Shown piece after piece: positions 52,560 to 64,000 of a stretch of DNA of 64,000 nucleotides. Within the stretch, counting starts at the first letter, position 1. The number at the start of each line of letters is the position of its first letter. Under the pieces are notes generated by a model. It was not told where the DNA came from, did not search any database, and was given only the letters and a program-made list of their open reading frames with translations. The translations under genes were made by a program, and so were the position numbers. The DNA is from Octopus sinensis (lineage: Eukaryota), in contig NC_043002.1 of NCBI RefSeq assembly GCF_006345805.1, positions 101,742,001 through 101,806,000 of the forward strand. The letters run 5' to 3'.

Positions 52560-52661
52560 TATTTCGCTCATAAACACACACATCGCCCGGTCGGAGATTC
52601 GAATCCACGATATCTCGACTGCGATTCCGCTGCTCTAACCACTAAGCCATATGCCTCCACA
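52560..52661 (-). mobile_element. Diverged SINE head, family 1
   Basis: Minus strand TGTGGAGGCATATGGCTTAGTGGTTAGAGCAGCGG...GGATTCGAATCTCCGACCGGGCG. Confidence 0.7.
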
Positions 52662-53278
52662 AAACTGATGTTGGACTGGAATAAAAATGGACACCGTTGG
52701 AGACCTTCTTGTGTAGAAGAATTAGTTTCTTATCTCTCTTCATATATCGATCACTTAGGATTCTCTAGTTTTCCACTCATGTATTTTCAGCGCAGTCATT
52801 CGCAAGGAACAAAGAAGTCTTTGAGGATGAACAATGATCCTTGAAACTATTATTTCCAAATGGGTTTCCGTAAAATCGACGAAGAAGAGAATCGAACTCT
52901 TGATGTGACGATGACTTGCAAAGAGCCAAGACAATATAACATCGATCAGCTCCAAGATACATCGGTTGCTATGAAATGCAACTCGGAGATAATTAATATC
53001 TTGCACCACCACCCACCACCACCCACAACCACCACCACTACCCCATCCTCCTCCGCCTCATCATCATCATCATCATCATCATCTTCACCATCTTCATCAT
53101 CATTCACGTCAACACTGCTGGCATTCTCGCCCCCGACGTGGTTACCAACATCATTCTGACTATTCCCATCATCGCACTATTTCATTATATATTCAAGTTT
53201 GCTGAACAACTCTCTAATTATAATTTGGGCTTTATACACATGTGTGTTTTCTGTGATCATGTGTATGTATATATATAT

Positions 53279-53339
<61 letters not shown>

Positions 53340-53429
53340 CTATGTATGTGTGTATGTTTGTCTATGCATATGCAGTCATATATACGCACATGTATATAAG
53401 TGTACATTTATATGCATATATACACACAA

Positions 53430-53486
<57 letters not shown>

Positions 53487-53492
53487 TATATA

Positions 53493-54835
53493 AATTCGCA
53501 CTCACTGATACACACATATTTATATATATTGACACATAGTTGTGTCTCTATACGTGTAAAAGATAAAAATATTCATTTAAATAATTGACGTATATATACG
53601 TATAGACATGTACATGTGAATGTGTGTGTGTTTGTTTATATATGTAGGTAGGTGGGGAGGTGGGAACAATAGACGATGGTAAATTGTAGTAGAGACTTTA
53701 GCTGGCTTGACTCTATAATTTCCAGACATAATGGAACCGAAAAATACAACGACCTCCGGTGGGTTTTAGCTGTGCCAAAATCTAAACAAATTCGATTGAA
53801 ATTATAATAAATTAACAGCTAAATTGATGAAACATTGTTTTGTTTCTTAATTAAAGTTAATTAGAACATGTTTCGCGCGACGATATCAATATTCTTCCCA
53901 TATACAAGCATGTGTGTGTTTTGGGGTGTGCTGGTATGCATATGTGTGTGAGTGTGTATGTGTGTGTATATATATCAATACATATATGTGTGTGTATATA
54001 TATATATATATATAGGTGTAGGCATGCGTATTTATGTACATACCTATAAATATGTGTATATGTGCGTTTGTGTGTACTCCCTAATGTAATTACACGCAAA
54101 ACACCACCCTTCGACGAAAGAACACAAATATATATACATATATATATATATATATTATATATATATATATATATTATATATATATATACATATATATATA
54201 AATTCGCACTCACTGATACACACATATTTATATATATTGACACATAGTTGTGTCTCTATACGTGTAAAAGATAAAAATATTCATTTAAATAATTGACGTA
54301 TATATACGTATAGACATGTACATGTGAATGTGTGTGTGTTTGTTTATATATGTAGGTAGGTGGGGAGGTGGGAACAATAGACGATGGTAAATTGTAGTAG
54401 AGACTTTAGCTGGCTTGACTCTATAATTTCCAGACATAATGGAACCGAAAAATACAACGACCTCCGGTGGGTTTTAGCTGTGCCAAAATCTAAACAAATT
54501 CGATTGAAATTATAATAAATTAACAGCTAAATTGATGAAACATTGTTTTGTTTCTTAATTAAAGTTAATTAGAACATGTTTCGCGCGACGATATCAATAT
54601 TCTTCCCATATACAAGCATGTGTGTGTTTTGGGGTGTGCTGGTATGCATATGTGTGTGAGTGTGTATGTGTGTGTATATATATCAATACATATATGTGTG
54701 TGTATATATATATATATATATAGGTGTAGGCATGCGTATTTATGTACATACCTATAAATATGTGTATATGTGCGTTTGTGTGTACTCCCTAATGTAATTA
54801 CACGCAAAACACCACCCTTCGACGAAAGAACACAA

Positions 54836-54860
<25 letters not shown>
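53493..54860. repeat. Tandem duplication, period 708 bp
   Basis: AATTCGCA at 53493 and 54201; GACGAAAG at 54113 and 54821. Copies look identical and the junctions are (TA)n. Confidence 0.92.
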
Positions 54861-54916
<56 letters not shown>

Positions 54917-54920
54917 TGTG

Positions 54921-54952
<32 letters not shown>

Positions 54953-54978
54953 TGTATATATGTGTGTATGTATATATA

Positions 54979-55056
<78 letters not shown>

Positions 55057-55279
55057 ATATTTCGGAATGGTCATTTTGCCAGTTTAGCCAATAAAAACAC
55101 GCGCTCTATATATTTGGTGTTACTTTGCTTCAGTGTTATTTATTTTTTACATTAATCTTAATCTTATTTCGGCCAGAGTTCTTTCGCCACACTCCTGTGA
55201 CCGCATCAGTGGTCCTTTGTTTTCTTCTTTCTTATTTATTTCAACACACGACTTCACATAAAAAATCTTGCACAACAAA

Positions 55280-55323
<44 letters not shown>

Positions 55324-55872
55324 GAGAGAGAGAGGGGGGGGAGGGAGGGAGAGAGAGAAAATTGCTGTGTCGATTGTTGACTTAGCCTCAATCCTTCTTT
55401 CTGAGAAGCCACAACGAAATTGAACATCCGAATTCGAAGTCCAAATCTTTGGAAATATTAACTCATAGCAGTATGTACAACGATTTAACCACTCTTCAAA
55501 TTAGCCATCTTATGTGTGCGTTAGTGTGTGTTTATTTATGTGCATGTATAGCCAATTCTTATATCCACCGACTCTCTATCCATCCACTCAATGTCAGACT
55601 TTAGGCAATTACTCTGCTCTGAGCAATCATACCTATTATACTTTATGACACATTTCCGTTGCATTTGACGTATTCTAACACATCTGCCGCTTCTCTGATA
55701 TTCTTTCTCTGTAAATTTCCTCGTGTTCCATTAAGTTGAAAATCGTAGGCTCACAATGTGAAAGACTTTCTCACCTTCCAGAGCATCAAACTAATACATA
55801 TGCTTGTTGTTCATGCACCTGTCTTCATTTTTGTTTATATATATGTCTATGTGTGGGTCTCTATATATATAT

Positions 55873-56240
55873 CGGCGTAGGAGTGGCTGTGTGGTAAGTA
55901 GCTTGCTTACCAACCACATGGTTCCGGGTTCAGTCCCACTGCGTGGCACCTTGGGCATGTGTCTTCTACTATAGCCTCGAGCCGACCGAAGACCGTCGTA
56001 TATATATATATATATATATATATAGTTGCGTGTGTGTATATGTTTGTGTGTCTGTGTTTGCCCCCCCCCACATCGCTTGACAACCGATGCTGGTGTGCTT
56101 ACGTCTCCGTAAATTAGCGGTTCGGCAAAATGAGACCGAATGAATTAGTACGAGGCTTACACAGAATAAGTCCTGGGGGTCGATTTGCTCGACTAAAGGT
56201 GGTGCTCCAGCATGGCCACAGTCAAATGACTGAAACAAGT
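55873..56240 (+). mobile_element. Bipartite SINE, head family 2 (internal deletion in head)
   Basis: GGCGTAGGAGTGGCTGTGTGG...CCTTGGGCATG...(TA)n...GTCAAATGACTGAAACAAGT. Confidence 0.88.
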
Positions 56241-56250
56241 ATTTAAAAAA

Positions 56251-56283
<33 letters not shown>

Positions 56284-56515
56284 CGTGTGTCTATGTGTGT
56301 GTGTATATTATGTGTATATATATATATGAATATGTACACATAGGCCAGAATGCAGTTAGCTGACAAGGAATAGAGAAATCCAAACGAGTTCCACAACCAT
56401 TTGGCGCGAAACTAAGTCCTTCAGTTATTGATGTAGCCTCTGAGTTAATCAATAATAAAGTTATATTCTTTCTTATTCATTTATTTTTTCCTGTCAGTTT
56501 TTAAAAAACCCCGAA

Positions 56516-56553
<38 letters not shown>

Positions 56554-57174
56554 GTTCTTCCATGTGTACGTGTGTGTTAATGTGTCTGCGAGTCATGACT
56601 CCATACAAATAGACTCCCATACGTACACATAATTTAATGATCAAGCATTAAATCAAAATAATATATTATAATCAAGGATCTGCTGGTGTGAATTAAGGCA
56701 TAGAAGGCTAACAACCTGGAATTTCTAAATTATAATCTCGTAAATGTTAAATTTACTCCATCAATTTTATTTTATATTACTCCACTCTATTTACGACATT
56801 TTGCTTTTATGAATATTCAATGAAACCTTTTATAATTACCTTGTGACAAATTTATGATTTTCTTATGAATACATTATAGTTACCTTCTGACAACTTTACG
56901 ACTATTTCACTACGATATAATTAATTGCCAACGAGGGAGTAATAACAACATTTCCCGCTCTGCTAGAAATAGAAGCCAAATTCCTCAAATTTCCTTCATG
57001 TTTCGGTTATGAATTAAATAAATAGGACTTGGAATTCCACCTAAAATTTCGGGACGGCCACGGATTTAGTGCTGTTTATTAGAGGTCTACTCTATGTTAA
57101 TCTGGATTTTAATAATTGATATGATAGCGGTAATGACATTTAGGAATCCCGGTATCCGATAAAATATGATTGTA

Positions 57175-57550
57175 CGTGGTTCAGAAGGTTGCTTTCCAAT
57201 CAGGTGGGTTCGGGCACAGTCCCACTCGGCACGTCAATTATTGAATCCCCGTGTGGACCATTGCTTTGTGAGTAAATCTGGCAGATGGAAACTGTGTAGA
57301 AGCCTCTGGTTTATATGTGTGTAATTGTATACGTGTGTGTGATTCGAACCCTCCGCCACATTACCACCACAACTTGAGAACTGGTGTTGCTTTGCTTACG
57401 TCCTTGTAAATTAGCGGCTCGGCAAAAGAAACCCGATTGAATAGCTTAAAATATAAAGTACTAGGATGGATTTATGAAGCTAAAACAATCTTTGAGTTGA
57501 TGCCCCGAGTTGACCTCAGTCCAATAGCTAAAAAATCTAAAATCTAAAAT
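57175..57550 (+). mobile_element. Highly diverged bipartite SINE
   Basis: CAGTCCCACT...GTGAGTAAATCTGGCAGATGGAAACTG...AATTAGCGGCTCGGCAAAAG. Confidence 0.6.
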
Positions 57551-57779
57551 GTGAGAAGATAAAGTTGTTACAAACGATCGTTTCATGCATTAGCTTTGGA
57601 TATGCTTGTGGCTTATTTTGATTTTAATCACCTTACTTTGAAAGTGTATGGATAATACTGTGCTAAATTCTGGTGCCTCAACTTAAGTACCTAATTCATC
57701 TGAATCTAAGTTTTTGTTGAACTCGTTTACTACACACAAAGTACCCTCCTCCCCCCGCACACATATGTATGTATGTATG

Positions 57780-57818
<39 letters not shown>

Positions 57819-58273
57819 ATGTATATAGAGGTATATATGTACATGTAAATACAAGTATTTAGACATATACAGCAGATACCGAACGTCGGGCAATGAACGC
57901 AATTTATTTATTAACATCAAACGTTTGCCCAAGCATGCCGACACTCTCGTGTATAGCATTTTATTTGCTGGCCACCCAGTTGAGTACAACGAGATGAAGA
58001 TGTCCAGCCACCAAATTCGAATCAACAACAAAAATACGCCGCTGTCCTTTGTCTGTTGGTATCTAACGAGATTGTCTTATCTTTTTATGACTCTTTTTAA
58101 TGATAGATACTTATCTGTCGAAGTGAGAGTGTGTATCGGTGCGGGAGTTGTGTTTGTGTGTGTGCGCGAGACTATAGGTGTGTGTGTACATGTCTGTATA
58201 TGTGTGTGCTTAAGTGGAAATGTGTATACCCATCTGAATAAAGTGTTTCCTATACCGTCAAGTTGAAAATATT

Positions 58274-58692
58274 GCGACGATATTATCACAGCATTTTTTT
58301 ATACGATACCATTACTACGGGCGTGTGCCTACCACTATAATTTGATAACTCAATTGTGCTTGGATTATTCTCGGAATGTTAGAATAGCTTCTCTAAATGA
58401 TGATTATATTACAATATTTATAGTACATTGTGATTATGTGACTCTTTGTGACGGTGTGATTAATTCCGGGCCATGCTGACCCTTCTTTTCCCGTCATCAC
58501 TGATACACACCGTCACAAAGAGTCACATAATCACAATGTACTATAAATATTGTAATATAATCATCATTTAGAAAAGCTATTTTAACATTCCGAGTATAAT
58601 CCAAGCACAATTGTGTTACCAAATTATAGTGATAGGCACACGCCTGTAGCAATGTAATATCGTATAAAAAAATGCTGTGGTAATATCATCGC
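58274..58692. mobile_element. Foldback/MITE-like element: about 185-bp inverted arms, 47-bp spacer
   Basis: 58274-58458 versus 58506-58692; inner 66 bp identical, outer part with about 11 differences. Confidence 0.88.
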
Positions 58693-58979
58693 TGGCTGTT
58701 CGAATTCCCTCCCTGCACTTGTTTTCCCTATAGGCATCCAAGTGGAACCTCGAAGGCTATAACACCATCGATACCGTTAGCCTAAACATTTCTTCTCCAC
58801 CCAACAAATGATCGCCTCTGTTCATAAAACACATCTCTCTGCTCATATGGAGGTAAACTGATGCCCAACTTCTTTTCCTTTTACGTGTCTGTGTTTTACG
58901 AACGGTTTATCCTGTTTCTATATGTATACGAACATGTATGTTTGTGTGTATCTGTCTGTCGGAGAGTTCGTCGTATATA

Positions 58980-59189
58980 CTCTTTACTCTTTTACTTGTT
59001 TCAGTCATTTGACTGTGGCCATGCTGGAGCACCGCCTTTAGTCGAGCAAATCGACCCCTTGACTTTTTTAAAACTTACTACTTATTCTATCGGTCTCTTT
59101 TGCCAAACCGCTAAGTTACGGGGACGTAAACACACCAGCATTGGCTGTCAAGCGATGTTGGGAGAATAAACTCAGACACACAAACATAT

Positions 59190-59247
<58 letters not shown>

Positions 59248-59265
59248 GACGGGCTTCTTTCAGTT
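58980..59265 (-). mobile_element. 5'-truncated bipartite SINE, family 2
   Basis: Tail, internal microsatellite and the end of the head (GAAAGAAGCCCGTCG). Confidence 0.8.
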
Positions 59266-59758
59266 TCAGTTACATAAAGATATACAGAAATACACGTACA
59301 AACTAACACGCACACACACACACACACGTATGCACGCAAAATTGCACATACACGACAAATTGTAGACGAAAATGCGTAGTAACAACGTGGCATTGTATTC
59401 AACAGTAACGATCTATTATGATGGATAACATCTCAACGACCAATTCAACAAGATCTGAAACACAAACATGTATCTATTAGATATATTTATCTTTATGTCA
59501 CAGAAATCTCATTAAACAGCCATATTGTCTCTTTTTACCTTGGCTGTCTCCTATTTCAACATTTCACACTGATGTCTTGTCTTACTTTCCTGTCATTGAC
59601 GTGCTCCGTATTAACTGATATCTGTCATCTTTTGTGTGTAGTCTTATTTATTTGAATCATCGCTTTTCTGAATCAATTATGACATAAAGTAATCGCCACT
59701 AATAGCAGTAATTAATCCGTAATTAATCTTTACGTTGCTGGTTGTTTATCAAGTTATC

Positions 59759-60148
59759 TTAGAAGGAAGCACTCCGTCGGTTACGACGATGTGGGTTCCG
59801 GTTGATCCGAATCAACGGAACAGCCTGCTCGTGAAATTAACGTGCAAGTGGCTGAGCACTCCACAGACACGTGTACCCTTAACGTAGTTCTCGGGGATAT
59901 TCAGCGTGACACAGAGAGTGACAAGGCCAGCCCTTTGAAATACAGGTACAACAGAAACAGGAAGTAAGAGTGAGAGAAAGTTGTGGTGAAAGAGTACAGC
60001 AGGGATCACCACCATCCCCTGCCGGAGATAGTGGAACTTTAGGTGTTTTCGCTCAATAAGTACTCACAACGCCCGGTCTGGGAATCGAAACCGCGATCCT
60101 ATGACTGCGAGTCCGCTGCCCTAACCACTGGGCCATTGCGCCTCCACC
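59759..60148 (-). mobile_element. tRNA-derived SINE, head family 1, tail type B, with 12-bp TSD
   Basis: TATCAAGTTATC at 59747-59758 and 60149-60160. Confidence 0.92.
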
Positions 60149-60966
60149 TATCAAGTTATCAATCCTGCAATGACACAACCAGAAAGCAAATCTCCGGCAA
60201 CGTTCACAAGACACAATCGGTGGACAGACCAAGGTAACCGTAGGACAGGGAGCAATCTTCAACAGGATTCCATTTCTAAGAAAATGTTTGCGCCTTTGGC
60301 TATTAGAGTTAGGTTTGTTCCATTTGATCTTGTGAGATTTTGTTTTTTTCTTTTTTCCCACATGTTTGGTTGCTTTAGAGTTGCTTCTGTTTTCATTGTT
60401 GTTACTGGTGTTGTTTCCTGTTTCGTTGTTGGTGATGATGTTGTTGTTGTTGTTGTGAGTTGGGGTTTGCTGATTTTCATTATTTATTAATTTGGCTGTG
60501 CATGAAGAGAACTCGTTTCTCAGCAGCTCTTTCTTGTATTCTGTTCGTTGCTAATAGTTTTGGTGATGCTCTGCTGATGGTTCCTCTTGGGCTCTATGAC
60601 AACAGTTCGTTTATTCGGTCTCTTATTTCTCTCTTCTCATTATTTGAGAAGAAATAAGATGGATTGCTGGAGGTTATTTGATGTCTATTTTCCTGTATTA
60701 GCCATCATGTTGTTCTACTTGCTAGGTGGCGCCCTCTTTAGAAAGTAGCAGCGGTATGACTCTTGGCTGTTTTGTTATACGGCTTTAACTATTGACGGTG
60801 TTGCTGCAGCTCGTGTTAGAGTTGCTTTCTTGGCTGTAAATGACCGAAGACAGAAGCCATTTTGATGTTCGATACTATTGTATGAATACCACCTGAGTCT
60901 TCTTTTGTCCATAACAAATCTTACTAAGCAACATGTATATTCTCACACCCGCACAAACATTCACTC

Positions 60967-61020
<54 letters not shown>

Positions 61021-61291
61021 TCACACACACACAAACACACACACACAAACAAACAATATGTGTATATGTGTGTATGTGTGCGCGCGTGGAAAAGGGTTGA
61101 GTTCTATTTAATCCTTTACTTTAGGGGGTTCCATAGTTGGATTTCTAATAAAGATTCTTCATATTACATGGATTAAATGTATTTTTAAGCTTTTAACACC
61201 TCTTCTCCATCTCTGTTTGTTGAGTTACTATATGATATTTGTTCCATAAATATTCATAACAAACCTTGTATATATGTATGTGTATATGTAT

Positions 61292-61340
<49 letters not shown>

Positions 61341-61819
61341 TATATATATATAAATATGTATGCATGTATATATATATATATATATATATAAATATGTATG
61401 CATGTATATATATATGTATATATATATACGTATGTATGTATATATATACACGTATGTATGTATATATATGAATGTATGTATGTATGTATGTATGTATGTA
61501 TGTATGTATGTATGTATGTATGTATGTATGTATGTATATGTATATATGTTTTCATTATTTCTGTAGATTACACTAGAGGCATACATATTTCTTGCACGTC
61601 TGTATGGTGCAAGATATTATGTGCTCTGAGCGTGGTCATTTGGCACCACGGCTTGGGTTGCTGGAGTATATAATCTTAGATATTCATCTGATTATCAACG
61701 GCCAACTCTGAGCGTATTTATTATGTTTGATCGGATTTAGAATCAAGTTATTTTACGTGCTAGGGCCGCTTCTTTCTACTTGTTTGGAGGTTTTGGCTCA
61801 TCGTCTAAATGTATCTTTG

Positions 61820-62100
61820 CTGTGTTATTTCTGTATATCAGTAGTCATTGCTCTGAAGAAATTTCTGGTCTAGATTTCCCTGTCAAGACCCTTAAACGAG
61901 TTACCCGCTTCTCTTGTCAAGGATATCGTTTCTCTGTTGAGGTTCCTGATGGCCTTAATTCCATTTCTTCTATCAGCTTCTTTCCTCGAACCCCTTCTCT
62001 CTTGAACGCACTACCGTCGTCTTGTTTTGTTCGGAGTTTTGATGGCCAGCTCTTTAAGCTTTATGCTGATCAGGATCTTTTGATTTTGTAGGCTCATTCT
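61820..62100 (+). mobile_element. CR1/L2 (Jockey-group) LINE RT C-terminal remnant
   Basis: HCSEEISGL...RVTR...SFFPRTPSLLNALPSSCF...FK, like the SFFPRT.RLWN.LP motif. Confidence 0.7.
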
Positions 62101-63232
62101 TTTCTTTTGTTGTAGGCCCTAACGCCATTAAGGGCACACGCTATGCTTAAGATAAAACCGTTTTAAAATGTCGTTTCTTCGCTGGTTCATAATCACGGAA
62201 CTGTATAAACAGTGCTTTTTTTTTCGTATTGGTATGTTATAATGCGTTCTATATTTCCTTGTCTGCCAGGCTAGCCTTGCGATTAATACATTTTTAGTCT
62301 CTAAAATGACTTCGTTTTCGTTCCTTATTTTCTTATGTGAATGAGAATGCATCTGGTGCGCACGTTTATTATCCAGAATTGTTTAGTTGAGAAATGAAAA
62401 GAGTAGGAGTTGACTGCATTGGTGAAATTAATACTCTCAGCATCGTTGGTTGCAGGCATAAAAATCTAGTACGTTGTGTTGTTGATGGGGGTGGTGGTAG
62501 TGGTGATAGTAGAAACAGGGATGATGCTGGTGGTGGTGCTGATGTTTGTAGCCATTACTATTTCCCCTCTCCGCTCAGACTTGACGTTGACGCTTTCGTT
62601 GCTGTTCATATACAATTGATTTCATGTTAACACCGTTATAGAGCCATGATATTTTTCACAACTACTCAACACTAGATTCTCAGTTCCTTATAACTAAACA
62701 ACGGTATATATATTGAGGACGATTACCTAATTAATAGATTTTATCATTCATTTAATACACACACACACGCATACGCATACATAATTGTATGTATGTGCGC
62801 AAGTATGCGGGAACGTACAGACGTACAGAGGCAACAGAAACAATACAGAAAACATATGTAAAATGTTTAAATACACTCAGTATACAAATTTACGGTTGTA
62901 TAAATATATGCATAGAAGAATGACATAGAATCATGATGTCTTTCACTAAAACATGATATATGACCCCTTGGTATCCCAATCCCTCCCTTCAAAAGCTTCA
63001 ACAAAATGTAATGTTGTTGAAGTGAATATCGAACGAAAATTGAATTTGTTTCCCGGTCTGAATTCCAGAGAGATGTAGCAATTTATTTCGCCCTAAACAC
63101 CTAAGGGTCTTCACAAAACTGTGAACATCCCGTAGTCACATATGCTCAATATTATTACTGGGCAAAGAGAGGGCCTGTTTGTAGGAAGGTGACTTTCTAG
63201 AAATAACGGTAATCTCATTCAAATGATATTTA

Positions 63233-63617
63233 TCTCTCTATATATAAACGGCAGTTTGTCTGTGTGTGTTTCTGTGTGTCTGTTAGGTTGTACCCTCACC
63301 CTGACCACGACTTTCAACCGATTCTGATGAAACTTAACACACACATAGCCCAATGTCATAATTCAAAACTAACGCAGAGAAAATTTTGAAAAGTTACCCC
63401 AGTTCTGAAAAAAATCGATAAATTCGACATGGGGTCGAGAATCAGAAACACAAACCACAGACTGTCTAGGGGACGCAACTCGACCGTTTTAACTCTCAAA
63501 AAAAATTTACCATAATTTTTTTCCCATTTTGTTTGCTATTTTTTGGCTATAACTCTCTAAAAATGCTTTATAGTTATTTCCCTTACAAACCCGAGCAACG
63601 CCGGGCGATACTGCTAG
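63233..63617 (+). mobile_element. Non-autonomous Helitron-like element, copy 3
   Basis: A|TC...CCCGAGCAACGCCGGGCGATACTGCTAG|T. Confidence 0.8.
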
Positions 63618-64000
63618 TCCATCATAAAAATGCAAATTAAATAATGTACAGCTGGAAAACACTGTCTATCATTAAATGTCCAACTCTCGTAAACGCGAAT
63701 AAATTTGGTTGAGAAAATGAACAGGAGATAATAGAGTCCTAGATATGCTATGATTCAGTAAGGAAAGACATGATTTTTCTGTGTTCTGGGCTTATTTCAT
63801 TGTAAGAGCTGCAGGGTCAGAGTTACACTGGAAAAATAACACGGATACATACAATGTGTAATGTAGTCTTAGATATATTTGGCATAACAAGTATATCTAA
63901 GCGGAATCACGGTAGGAATCTCTGCTGGATTAGGACTGATATAGAAAGAAACAACGACAGCAAATTAGAAGAGATTAAATACGTAATTCTTGTTATATTA

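Noticed and set aside
55160-55215. CUGAUGC-GGUCA...UGGCC-GAAA motif (minus)
   Set aside because: A9 is mutated and there is no stem I.
60170-60860. Strand-biased, coding-like Q/N/T-rich segment
   Set aside because: Frequent stops in all frames; no assignable family.

Overview
AT-rich, microsatellite-dense eukaryotic DNA. The repeat landscape (tRNA-headed SINEs, Dong/R4, RTE, L1/Tx1 and CR1-like LINE remnants, Penelope-like elements, a non-autonomous Helitron, very abundant (TA)n/(CA)n) suggests an octopod cephalopod; this is an inference and was not database-checked. No intact long gene is visible, and nearly all long ORFs in the track are translations of microsatellites. A few short exon-like segments on the minus strand can be chained in phase into a speculative, unidentified gene (about 51.6 kb to 6.0 kb). 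The strongest signal is a set of type I hammerhead ribozyme (HHR) motifs from several unrelated short repeat families. Six have complete cores, one of them a compensatory U3-A8 variant, and four are degenerate. All have self-complementary stem III segments. Several sit in head-to-head inverted (foldback) units flanked by (TA)n, and three such units cluster at 35.1-36.5 kb. All alignments and folds were done by eye.
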